From positions 2,693 to 66,692 of the forward strand of contig JANMJX010000001.1 of the NCBI GenBank assembly GCA_031371575.1: a stretch of DNA of 64,000 bases. Direction: 5' to 3'. Each line of letters starts with the position of its first letter. Position 1 is the stretch's first letter. The position numbers were made by a program, and so were the translations under genes. The notes below the pieces were generated by a model, which did not search any database, had not been told where the DNA came from, and saw nothing but the letters and a program-made list of their open reading frames with translations. Below, one piece after another: positions 60,301 through 64,000 of this stretch. This DNA comes from Sphingomonadales bacterium (GTDB lineage Bacteria > Pseudomonadota > Alphaproteobacteria > Sphingomonadales > Sphingomonadaceae).

Positions 60301-61658
60301 GTATATTGTCGTCGCTCGACGTGCGTTTTGCCGAATTTAAGATTTGGCAGGACCGCGATGGCGACGGAGCAGCGGAAGAAGGAGAAATTCTCTCGCTGAC
60401 AAGCGCTGGTGTGCGTTCGATCAGTTTGGCTGGAGTGGTGGTCAATGCAACCACGCAATTTGGTGAGGTCGCAGTCATCAATAAAGGCAGCTATACTCGC
60501 AGCAACGGAACGACGATGGAGTTCCTTGATGCGGCTCTGACATATTTCTCAAGTGCGACCAACCTGCCGCCGGTAGCAGTGCAAGCCCAGTCCGTTGATC
60601 GCAAAGACAGCAAATACCGTATCAGCTTTGGCGGTGGCGCAATGATGTTGGTACCCAAGAAAGGTAAAGGCCAAATTGATCCAAGAGCGGGCGCACTTGG
60701 TGCCTCGAACCTCATGTCGTTCAAGAACAAGAGCTACGGTCTACTATCGCCCATCATTTTGGATCTCGACGGTGACGGCATCGAAATGCGCTCAATCAAG
60801 AAATCGAAAGCCGCGTTCGACATGAACGGGGATGGCGTCGTTGACGATACAGGTTGGACCGGCAACGGAGACGGCTTCCTTGTAATCGACCGCAACAACG
60901 ATGGTAAGATCACCCATGCGTCCGAATTAAGCTTCGCTGCTGAGAACAAGGACGCCAAAAGTGATCTCGAGGCATTGGCTTCGCTCGATAATAATGGCGA
61001 CCGTGTGATTGACAGCAAAGATGTAAGGTTCGGCGAACTTAAAGTGTGGGTCGATGCAAATGGTAACGGGGTAACCGATGCCGGTGAGCTTAACACGCTT
61101 GCCCAAGTTGGAATTACTTCGATCAGCCTTGCTGGACGCAATTTGGAAGGCACCGCTAAAGTTGGCGAGAATGTCCTGATTTCGACATCAACGTTCACTC
61201 GTAGCAATGGCACCACAGGCACGGTTGGCAATGCTGCGCTCGCCTACACACCCGGCAAAGAGGCCGCGTCTGCACTTGTTGCATCGCTGCGTAATAGCCG
61301 CGCTGGGATAGCTGGGGGCAATTTAGGGTTCGGTCTGAACTTGCCTGCCAACGTCGATATCTTTGACTATTTTGACACACCAAACTTTGAACCCAGCGAC
61401 GGTGCAGATGACATAGCTAGTCTGCTGAGATGGTCAGGCGATGCTGCTATGAGCATCGAAGCGATCAGCGATGCCGAAGCAGCAGCTTTGGATGCACAGA
61501 TGGCTGATAGATTACCTTACAGCCCAGGATCAGCGAATGGTGACCGTCTACTTGCGATTATAGCACAGGATATGGCATCATTTGGCGCTCAATCGGGCGA
61601 TGATGGTCGGCCGTGGCGCAGGGAAGGTGTTGGCAAGCCGGTGGAGTTCTTCGCGTAA
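45399..61658 (+). CDS. Giant RTX protein, T1SS substrate: N-terminal lipase, RTX repeats, Ig/cadherin-like domains, tandem SPM-like modules
   Basis: 5419-aa ORF; YRGT and TGHSLGG; many GGxGxDxL nonapeptides; LADGSPLPSWL-type domains; two SPIILDLDG modules. Confidence 0.93.
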   Translation: MTLSRDMFLAILSMDSYNRGYGFGVGQLPETGGLGNATLLAANSQQQSGWQATGFYAIAYDMTDVENFADGERVISYRGTNYDGTGDYNKYRDIWNGWTVGAGFGGASQAQLSLDFYRAVAGREAVQGANPNIILTGHSLGGGLAGFVGALSNGEAVIFDHMPFWMAAAAQFWTSYKKALEARGMSLDTEPTEAVIADLGLVKPNLGEISGLYLEGEINRLLRNGSAAMALGGITSLVLGSALSYLGGWIAGGQAGEADALGANIRQVLTFDWEKAYDLISADRHSMAALVISMYAREQETLNPSFAAWRVGGVSDYVFNALYDNKIAEGIKLTAEFIGDSGRLAVMQSAIAYSALDLTDPDAGKPFGDIGVRAMFDDAADLGAAINAGTMPAWVNTGRFKQSIANTFVEFAGFMAIADAENATDSGKLGGALSLDVLQGQTLPNAMRINFEDSLWSVGSKSHESQQRNNVVFEAIEANASATELERIRGWYSLAAAPGRKLLEDIDEVIISFGNNVGPQPADADGIALQIAGSGGVNLTYGEGGHFLISGNGVDTVQGGSDIDIIVSGAGDDVINGNGGADWIASGDGDDEIDGGDKNDVLNGGRGDDQVQGGQGNDRLIANLDGDADSLDGGSDTDTVVYKWDRGDAEIKITGEVQRIGNKVAKDFGLAITGAQDESGLNADFGADTLASIELGAVEAGSGTDTLVIDIQSFYDSIDYIDLGRQGSGLAAGDIIDASRADNAVTVDLRYQDGTQRLIIGQGKVVKIFDAENVKGSQFGDNLYGVEIERGSILEGNGGGDFLYGGKYDDDLRGGSGDDYLEGGAGADLLDGGTGADKLVINGNDTISSGQSEDRLYWKTYDVNFQANTLLKGGSRSVLVSDIQTPVEQFEAMLNSTLLFKGNLGETYEVTGSGVTQGLKIVTKSGEIVNIARWSEGEYGIRLFTTKRRQIAFSKPVDYSNANLPAGGLGVGLAISFTLNVVTFASELGVDPNWGNYVGDTFSLSQLRILAGQPGQPALSNNITGTGEGEAINGRLTDDRISAGAGDDTVNGFAGDDSINGGDGNDTLSGGAGADRLEGGYGDDTIEGGTGNDTIIAGFGKDLIIVKAGDGADVIIADVDDVIRFDAGIASSSVTIKSGRAGGGAAPNYGDLQAGDISFAFGADKITIQDGVFGSVEFGDGTVKTRDALVLSAIAIATTNGNDVITGFGTADRLAGGAGNDYLNGFGGNDRYYFARGDGQDRIEDTVIEGRAGVADKIIFGANIAPSDIVTTMSFIAAGPRAGQELVRLAISGTSDWVEFVGRDIEEIRFQNGTTWDRAEFGARALASLGTAGTDRVTVSPYLGGIFNLGAGNDTIIPLNDVVLQYQFGAGSGVDRIELDNYGQSFSANAYIILTNGLGIGDLSIQRLADGFSFGISGTSDRLDVIRNYDESVQSSIRDNDLRLIIPGERIVADTISRLADVNANVVQRLTGTTAGETMTGFATSDFLSGGAGNDIIIGNDGSDLLFGGTGNDTLTGGNGSDMLFGEAGDDQLDGGAGDDALFAGAGTDSLLGGLGRDQLTGSGTSTLNGGLDADTYNIQLGDKIVYNIGDGADVAVAVTGASTVDGSTILKRSEISLGVGIDPLTTTLTLEGLAIYVNVNGSTTDRIRLDRVFQSSSLPQIRFNNGTIWRETEIYQKLFNPNNANDTPAAVKSFAPDYFNDEIAYLYGGGGNDTLNVASVYADLYRFVFAAGGGTDTILSSINLKGSSLYLSGFDPDQLILARSGTGLGNITLSFAGTTDAITINQQENGGGNESSGISEFIFNGATLYNADIRKRWLAQSSTSGNDTITAFDGPGGVLDTGITKGIQFSPESGNDRLAGGLGNDTLIGGTGDDTYVINIGDGVDTVRDIGLFDVNANAGYDVLILNALSTNARFAQSVADNKDLVITFTNSADQIKVDEFFALGVIEEFEFGDGVVLSNLDIGQLAINGAATSGNDAIRGTAAPDTLAGAGGNDTLDGLAGSDRYVFNIGDGNDVIADTGLAESNSLSFGAGITFGLLSFQRIGNDLKISTSINDSVTVTGQFSGAAIRTVGQLILADGTRKTAAEIDQLVLAQQASSGADNIIGFVSSDVLSGAGGNDILTGGAGDDVLSGGSGDDTLNGQAGSDVYLFALGDGQDIIASTDDLVALDIVRFVANIGQRDLEFIRSTPVSPDLLIKVRGTTQQITVVNYFDGLAVKQFEFADGSVMLPPDVVNAVANTAPTATTQTWRVSVAESAVARFVVPDGLFFDSADTASIIYKAALADGSPLPSWLQFTNGVFAANANDSDVGTWAIKLTAVDKFGATTDRIIKFDVINSNEAPTATSALITQNALIGAAFNFALQPGLFNDQDSAYNVAPVASVGTYTSANGGSFVVQAGGGFTYTPAASYSGPDSVFIPFGIGTGRLLERPYTFQSLGGVLTGTVPTNLVPARDVTSITATLADGSPLPAWLSFNGSQFSGTPAVGNAGPLAINIVATDSSGLKTILPFAIRVGTANALPTAGTLPSLSALEDDAFSYTVPTTLFSDADIRDRLTLNATLADNSPLPSWLSFDGRTFSGTPVNANVGTISVKVTATDIFGATVSTVTALTVNNSNDAPLVGVAISDQLATQGQPFTFAVPGASFVDPDIAQVLTISATLNTGEPLPAWLSFTNGVFSGTPLDADTGLYRVRVIATDPSGLSTWQDFTLGVTDINEAPTVAESLPTFLAPVSEESIFKIPASLFADSDDPGYRINVTLGDGSPLPSWIVYDADEDAIIFFPGTAQYYGKSGAQVAHSIKITATDTRGATVSAVLNAIVDAPRVAGTITGNGSGSIDGTNASDRLVSSSANEYITGRDGIDRIVFGRGSGQDNLFRGSAVSQYAFGDIIELGADIMPSDLIISRVNFYEQTDPIGSDLLIKIVGTSDRIKIVSQFDSSLSLEPVVRELRFADGTIISAAQILAPYLVSTSGNDIIGGGNQADIINGGSGDDIIYGRTGNDIIDGGAGTDILIGDDINGISIGADTFLFGRGSGSDTIFADNFTNPLSIDTLRFGVGVAPSDLTITHLPGAPNRPDKIDESFAGSLLIKINGTTDSVRIDRQFFVTPALVLATNKIEVDTPGIDRFEFADGTILSRSQFEALITLTPATVGDDLIFGGAGNDRLQGSAGNDLLVGEQGNDTYIYNVGDGNDVIRENYQTYKPNVLSPIAPQAGNVISTDNITFGAGITADEIVFTKTDAQGENLTITFKNHVGSIAIEGQFRNIFHGGDAFSQYNVTNYFGVENAAIDELRFADGTRWSLADIYAYSVRATSGNDIIDGFFRANETLDGGAGNDLLAGRNGDDTYVFARGYGHDAIKEYGFFYNDQASAANIKYTANDKIKFVGVASTEVTTSIGAGGSFVFTINNTGETLTIRPESEFGNFTSVQFSDTTWNATAFQARWVVASATAGSDFIYGFLNNDVLSGGDGNDTLQGGQNTGTGHDLLNGGLGNDTLILEFNEGDTANGDDGDDIFKFSLTGNFASERGNLAYPNLIQFGEESGIFDGGLGQDRLILGGNFADYWRGTNYVLDNGNGTYNIGNNINVRNIETVQFADGTMSFATLLAATFRYRSGLIEGTAGVDTMNGTSGNDALYGYAGNDTLNGLDGNDFLIGGAGTDSYNGGNGTDIVDYSYDTVGWTINLSTNQATQAAITETFVSIEGAYGSSAADTLTGSVNSDILSGGRGDDIINAGDGNDFIEFEGNNPDYAGATDGFDAINGGLGTDTIRATFANAVIGLSSVTGVEAITANGFSGVYIQGSTAANTLDFSAVALTGIDRIDGGAGNDTITGSNANDAILGGAGDDLLNGGNGDDVFNMAGTTDGFDAVNGGAGYDKISATDFSTRIGLTSVTGIEAISGEGYSAYISGSSAADTLDFTSVVLTSITRIDGGSGNDVITGSVADDVIRGSGGDDNLSGGVGNDIFEYTGTSNGFDTVNGGAGQNSISALANSTIIGLTSISGIQAISGQTYTGVYILGSANADTLNFGTVSLSAITKIDGGAGNDIVTGSVANDVILGSGGDDTLSGGDGADTFQYTGTTNGFDTVNGGSGADTIAALAANTVIGLSSITGVETISGGGFGNVSISGSGLADNLDFSAVTLTGIVSVDGGVGNDIITGSAGNDVILGGADNDTLSGGIGNDTLNGGVGTNIIDGGGGTDVAQYNGNAGTFSVTLNGNGSYNVVGAGINDTLTNIENLNFTDGTFTVASRVGLGLTLTGTASAETLTGGGNSDTITGLGGDDTLNGNGGDDLFRITGTGDGFDVVDGGLGNDTITATANNAVIGLTSVAGVEAITAGGFTGVSILGSASANTLNFANVALTGITKIDGGAGNDIITGTSANDTILGSGGDDTIAAGDGSDNIQFTGAANGFDAVDGGLGSDTIAALANSTVIGLSSLTGVEAVTAGAFTGVTISGSANNDTLNFGGVTLTAITKIDGGLGNDVITGSIAADTILGSGGDDTLNGGDGNDIFQYTGNANGFDSVIGGLGTDTISALANSTVIGLSAITGVETISAGSFTGVTIAGSANNDTLDFSSVTLTAITLIDGGAGNDNITGNVAVNTIQGSGGDDIINAGDGNDIIQYTGTANGFDAVDGGAGTGDTISALANATVIGLSSVTGVETITAGAFTGVYIAGSANADTLNFSAVTLTAITRVEGGAGNDIITGNSAVNTLWGGLGDDTIDGGSGNDIVLGDDGDDTLIGGAGNDTITGGIGNDTVSYAYATANLTVNLTLTTAQTVATGDADTITTIENVIGGSGTDTITGTTAANTLNGGAGNDRLTGGLGNDTIIGGIGTTDTAAFAGLQASYSVQTNMGVVTVVDNQATTDGNDGTDTINGIERLEFKGGTTVSVTSPIILDLDGNGVKTFAAADTNARYDLDGDGLADDTSWIGSTEGFLFLDRDGNGTVSNAGEFSFTGDVVDAKSDLEGLRAFDSNDDGILSSLDVRFAEFKIWQDRDGDGAAEEGEILSLTSAGVRSISLAGVVVNATTQFGEVAVINKGSYTRSNGTTMEFLDAALTYFSSATNLPPVAVQAQSVDRKDSKYRISFGGGAMMLVPKKGKGQIDPRAGALGASNLMSFKNKSYGLLSPIILDLDGDGIEMRSIKKSKAAFDMNGDGVVDDTGWTGNGDGFLVIDRNNDGKITHASELSFAAENKDAKSDLEALASLDNNGDRVIDSKDVRFGELKVWVDANGNGVTDAGELNTLAQVGITSISLAGRNLEGTAKVGENVLISTSTFTRSNGTTGTVGNAALAYTPGKEAASALVASLRNSRAGIAGGNLGFGLNLPANVDIFDYFDTPNFEPSDGADDIASLLRWSGDAAMSIEAISDAEAAALDAQMADRLPYSPGSANGDRLLAIIAQDMASFGAQSGDDGRPWRREGVGKPVEFFA
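56640..59580 (+). repeat. Eight ~327-bp (109-aa) tandem coding repeats in the RTX gene
   Basis: GFD anchors at 56640, 56967, 57291, 57618, 58272, 58599, 58926 and 59253. Confidence 0.85.
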
Positions 61659-61679
61659 TTCCGTAGCTGGCAGGTCAAA

Positions 61680-61870
61680 TTGATTAGGACAACCGGTGTT
61701 GCAGGCGCGGGAAACGGTGGCGCCGGCATCATATCTCTAGCCGGGTACTGATATCAAATCGACGTGGCGGCTTGGCTAGTTCTCGATTTGATACTCGTTC
61801 ACGATTAATCGAAAGCCTCGTCGTTGAACCACCGAGCCAAAAGGACCTTCAAACGGAGCTTTCTGACACA
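61680..61870 (+). pseudogene. Decayed N-terminus of a Cap4/restriction-like nuclease domain
   Basis: GAGIISLAGY*YQIDVAAWLVLDL with a stop at 61749-61751, then frameshifted LVVEPPSQKDL. Confidence 0.4.
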
Positions 61871-61985
61871 GAGTCTAAGGCGGCATACCATCATATAGAC
61901 CGGCGATGCCAACAACGTCGTCGGTTTCTTAAAGCATCTGACCGCCACGATGATCTGCGGATCACAGGAGAGCATTAACCGCTTT

Positions 61986-62459
61986 CTAACTTAAAATTTC
62001 AGTCGGATGAGTAAATAGCTTCTGACGGTCGATTTTCTGTGCGCCGACAACCGACCAGCAACTGAACCCGGTTTTCGAATGCTCGGTCGAAGGAGAAATT
62101 TTTCCAGTTGCTGTATTCAGCAACGAGCCTCGAATGGAATCATGAGAGCGGAGCCGTATATATAGCTCGTTGTCAGCAACGAAACAAATGTCGGTGCTCT
62201 CGCAGACATTTGCTGGATCCACGCAAACGCAAGCTTCATCGACAATCACAGCATTGCCTTTAAGATTAGATGTTTCCAAAGGATCCAGCGTAAATCTGGG
62301 TTGATCGGGCCAGTAAAGCGGTACGGCGTATCGGTATTTGACATTGTCAGATTCAACGTAGCCCGAAATACATAGCGCATTTCCCGCAGAAGGGAGCGGG
62401 AGGTAAAAAATACTCCCAAACGGCGCCGCAGACACATCGCAGATTGTTGGCAAATTCAT
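61986..62459 (-). CDS. Hypothetical protein
   Basis: 157-aa ORF with SD GAGG; downstream of the DUF2235 gene. Confidence 0.6.
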   Translation of the reverse strand: MNLPTICDVSAAPFGSIFYLPLPSAGNALCISGYVESDNVKYRYAVPLYWPDQPRFTLDPLETSNLKGNAVIVDEACVCVDPANVCESTDICFVADNELYIRLRSHDSIRGSLLNTATGKISPSTEHSKTGFSCWSVVGAQKIDRQKLFTHPTEILS

Positions 62460-62537
62460 AAATTAATCCTCAAGCATCCCATCTTCGCGAAGCCCGTGCC
62501 AATATAATTATTTTGCGGTCAGGTTAAGGGCTGACTT

Positions 62538-64000
62538 TCAGGTTACGGGTAGTTGCCCCAAAACTATTTGCCAGCGTTTGTCAAAATCGTGCGGCAAACA
62601 TTTTCGGTGAACATCTTGGCAAGCGGGACCCAGATCCTTGTCATAAATCAACGCCGCTGGTCGGTAGGGTTTCAAATCGCCCGAGTGCGAAACGCGATCT
62701 AAAGCGAATCTCTCCTTCACACTTGGATGATGGCGCGCGCCACTTGCAGTAAACCGATCATCGGCTTTCCACGGGAAACGTTGTCTAAGCCAACCGCTTT
62801 CTTCTACCGCCCGCACTTCGCAGTGCTGAATGCCGTCGGCTCGAGGATAGGTTTTCAAATGCGTCTCATCGAGGAGCACGGGATGTGGCAAGTTCGTCAT
62901 CTGTTCGATCATCCAATGCAACGGGATATCGGACAGGCGGCTCTCGTTTTCTGGATAACTTCCACCAATATCCGAGTGATTGCCTGGAAACCACATTTGA
63001 ACGAAATTAACTCGTTCGTTTTCAGGAACTGTTTTCAGATGCTTGCCTCCCCACTTTGCCCGCGGGAACAGAGCGCGTCTTTCATCAATTGCCATCGCAT
63101 GTCGCGCGAATTTCACACGCGGTTGTAGGTAAGTGTCGGACTGGTCAGCCGACATCCTGAACCAGAGCCAGTGTGAACGCTTTTGTCCCGTCTCGGGATA
63201 ATTGGTGATAGTCTTTTGATGACGTGGCAGCCAGTTCCAAGCGGCCAACCCGCCAGTCACCAGCACAATAAAAATTGCCGTGAGAGGCACGTTAAATTCA
63301 ACAGAAACGAAGGGGATATTGAACGGCACAAACTCTGATGCAAGTCGGCATAGCGCGCGAAAAACTGACAGTGCCCCGAGAACGGCGATGAATGTCGCTA
63401 ATGCGGCTGCTGCGATTGCAAGAATACGATGGACAGTTTTGAGGCCCAAAGCTGACACGGCGTCAAATACTCCAATAAAATATGGAATAGCATTGGAGCG
63501 ATCGGAATAAGCTGTGTCAAAAGAGCGATATTTCTCACGGAATCTGCGAGCCAGTTCGTCACGCTCTTCGATATATGCTTCATTTCTTTTGCCAGCCGCG
63601 TGATCGTAGACCTCATAAACCGCCTCTTCCGCTATTCCGCGTGCTTCCCGGCCACGTCGTCTCAGAGGATTTCCATTGGAACCAATGGTTGGCACCCCGC
63701 ACAACGACAAGGCATTCGACAGACAACGAACTGTGTAACCGCCGCGGCTAAACCCGAAGAGATATATTCGATCACCGGGCTCCCAATGTTCGATAATGAA
63801 CTCGTAACAATCAACCATATTGCGGCCTATGCCCGTTCCGGTCGCCATCGCGAGAGATCGACGGACGAAGTTGATAGGCCGGCTCCAAATAGGTTCATCC
63901 TTGTCACTGGTGCCGAGCCCAGGATCGTAGAATGCGATTTGCGTATCCGGATCGATCGTGTTTTCCGGTGACACACGAGCGGCACGATAAAGTTTATAGA
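62538..64000 (-). CDS. DUF2235 (Tle1-like) alpha/beta hydrolase, 5'-truncated by window
   Basis: Frame is open to the window end (YKLYRAAR); YDPGLGT, FGFSRG, GVFDAV, HAMAIDERR and WFPGNHSDIGG; two inserted TM segments. Confidence 0.88.
   Translation of the reverse strand, partial: YKLYRAARVSPENTIDPDTQIAFYDPGLGTSDKDEPIWSRPINFVRRSLAMATGTGIGRNMVDCYEFIIEHWEPGDRIYLFGFSRGGYTVRCLSNALSLCGVPTIGSNGNPLRRRGREARGIAEEAVYEVYDHAAGKRNEAYIEERDELARRFREKYRSFDTAYSDRSNAIPYFIGVFDAVSALGLKTVHRILAIAAAALATFIAVLGALSVFRALCRLASEFVPFNIPFVSVEFNVPLTAIFIVLVTGGLAAWNWLPRHQKTITNYPETGQKRSHWLWFRMSADQSDTYLQPRVKFARHAMAIDERRALFPRAKWGGKHLKTVPENERVNFVQMWFPGNHSDIGGSYPENESRLSDIPLHWMIEQMTNLPHPVLLDETHLKTYPRADGIQHCEVRAVEESGWLRQRFPWKADDRFTASGARHHPSVKERFALDRVSHSGDLKPYRPAALIYDKDLGPACQDVHRKCLPHDFDKRWQIVLGQLPVT

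Larger units (their letters stand above)
22206..64000. mobile_element. Accessory genomic/defence island beginning at tRNA-Cys; right end outside window
   Basis: Abrupt change from core genes to defence, TA, IS-remnant and T1SS cargo; sequence looks more AT-rich by eye; no integrase or attR seen. Confidence 0.7.

Noticed and set aside
46454-61231. Many Ser/Pro-rich antisense ORFs
   Set aside because: Reverse-frame by-products of Gly/Asp-rich RTX codons.
22206-64000. Prophage
   Set aside because: No structural, terminase, replication or lysis genes, despite phage-like nucleotide enzymes.

Overview
Alphaproteobacterial chromosome segment; gene content and order suggest a sphingomonad (inference). 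Bases 1-22.1 kb are core genes: the aa3 cytochrome c oxidase operon (coxB partial, coxA, ctaB, a 51-aa ORF, ctaG, coxC, DUF983-like, SURF1), a TauE exporter, infC with a non-AUG start, a DsbD-like protein, a MATE pump, valS, a peptide/amino-acid scavenging trio and popZ-tolC-pcm. A tRNA-Cys(GCA) at 22132-22205 follows. From the tRNA to the window end lies an accessory island with no integrase in view and many defence/conflict-type genes. It contains: (i) a Swt1-like HEPN protein; (ii) a thymidylate-synthase-fold enzyme carrying the dCMP-specificity Asp, next to an aGPT-pyrophosphorylase clade 3-like gene, convergent with a MazG-like/HigB/HigA-IrrE unit; (iii) an operon of a small protein, a soluble HExxH metalloprotease and a dUTPase-fold dCTP deaminase; (iv) a tightly coupled patatin, caspase-like protease, unknown protein and MBL hydrolase operon, whose MBL carries a twice-repeated DLxAFG loop motif; (v) a coiled-coil CHAT protease; (vi) a type I secretion system with a lipoprotein and a 5419-aa RTX protein (N-terminal lipase, two C-terminal FrpC-like self-processing modules with Ser-Pro instead of Asp-Pro); (vii) a DUF2235 lipase that runs off the window. 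The best candidates for undescribed systems are (ii), (iii) and (iv). All family assignments come from motif recognition by eye; no database search was run.
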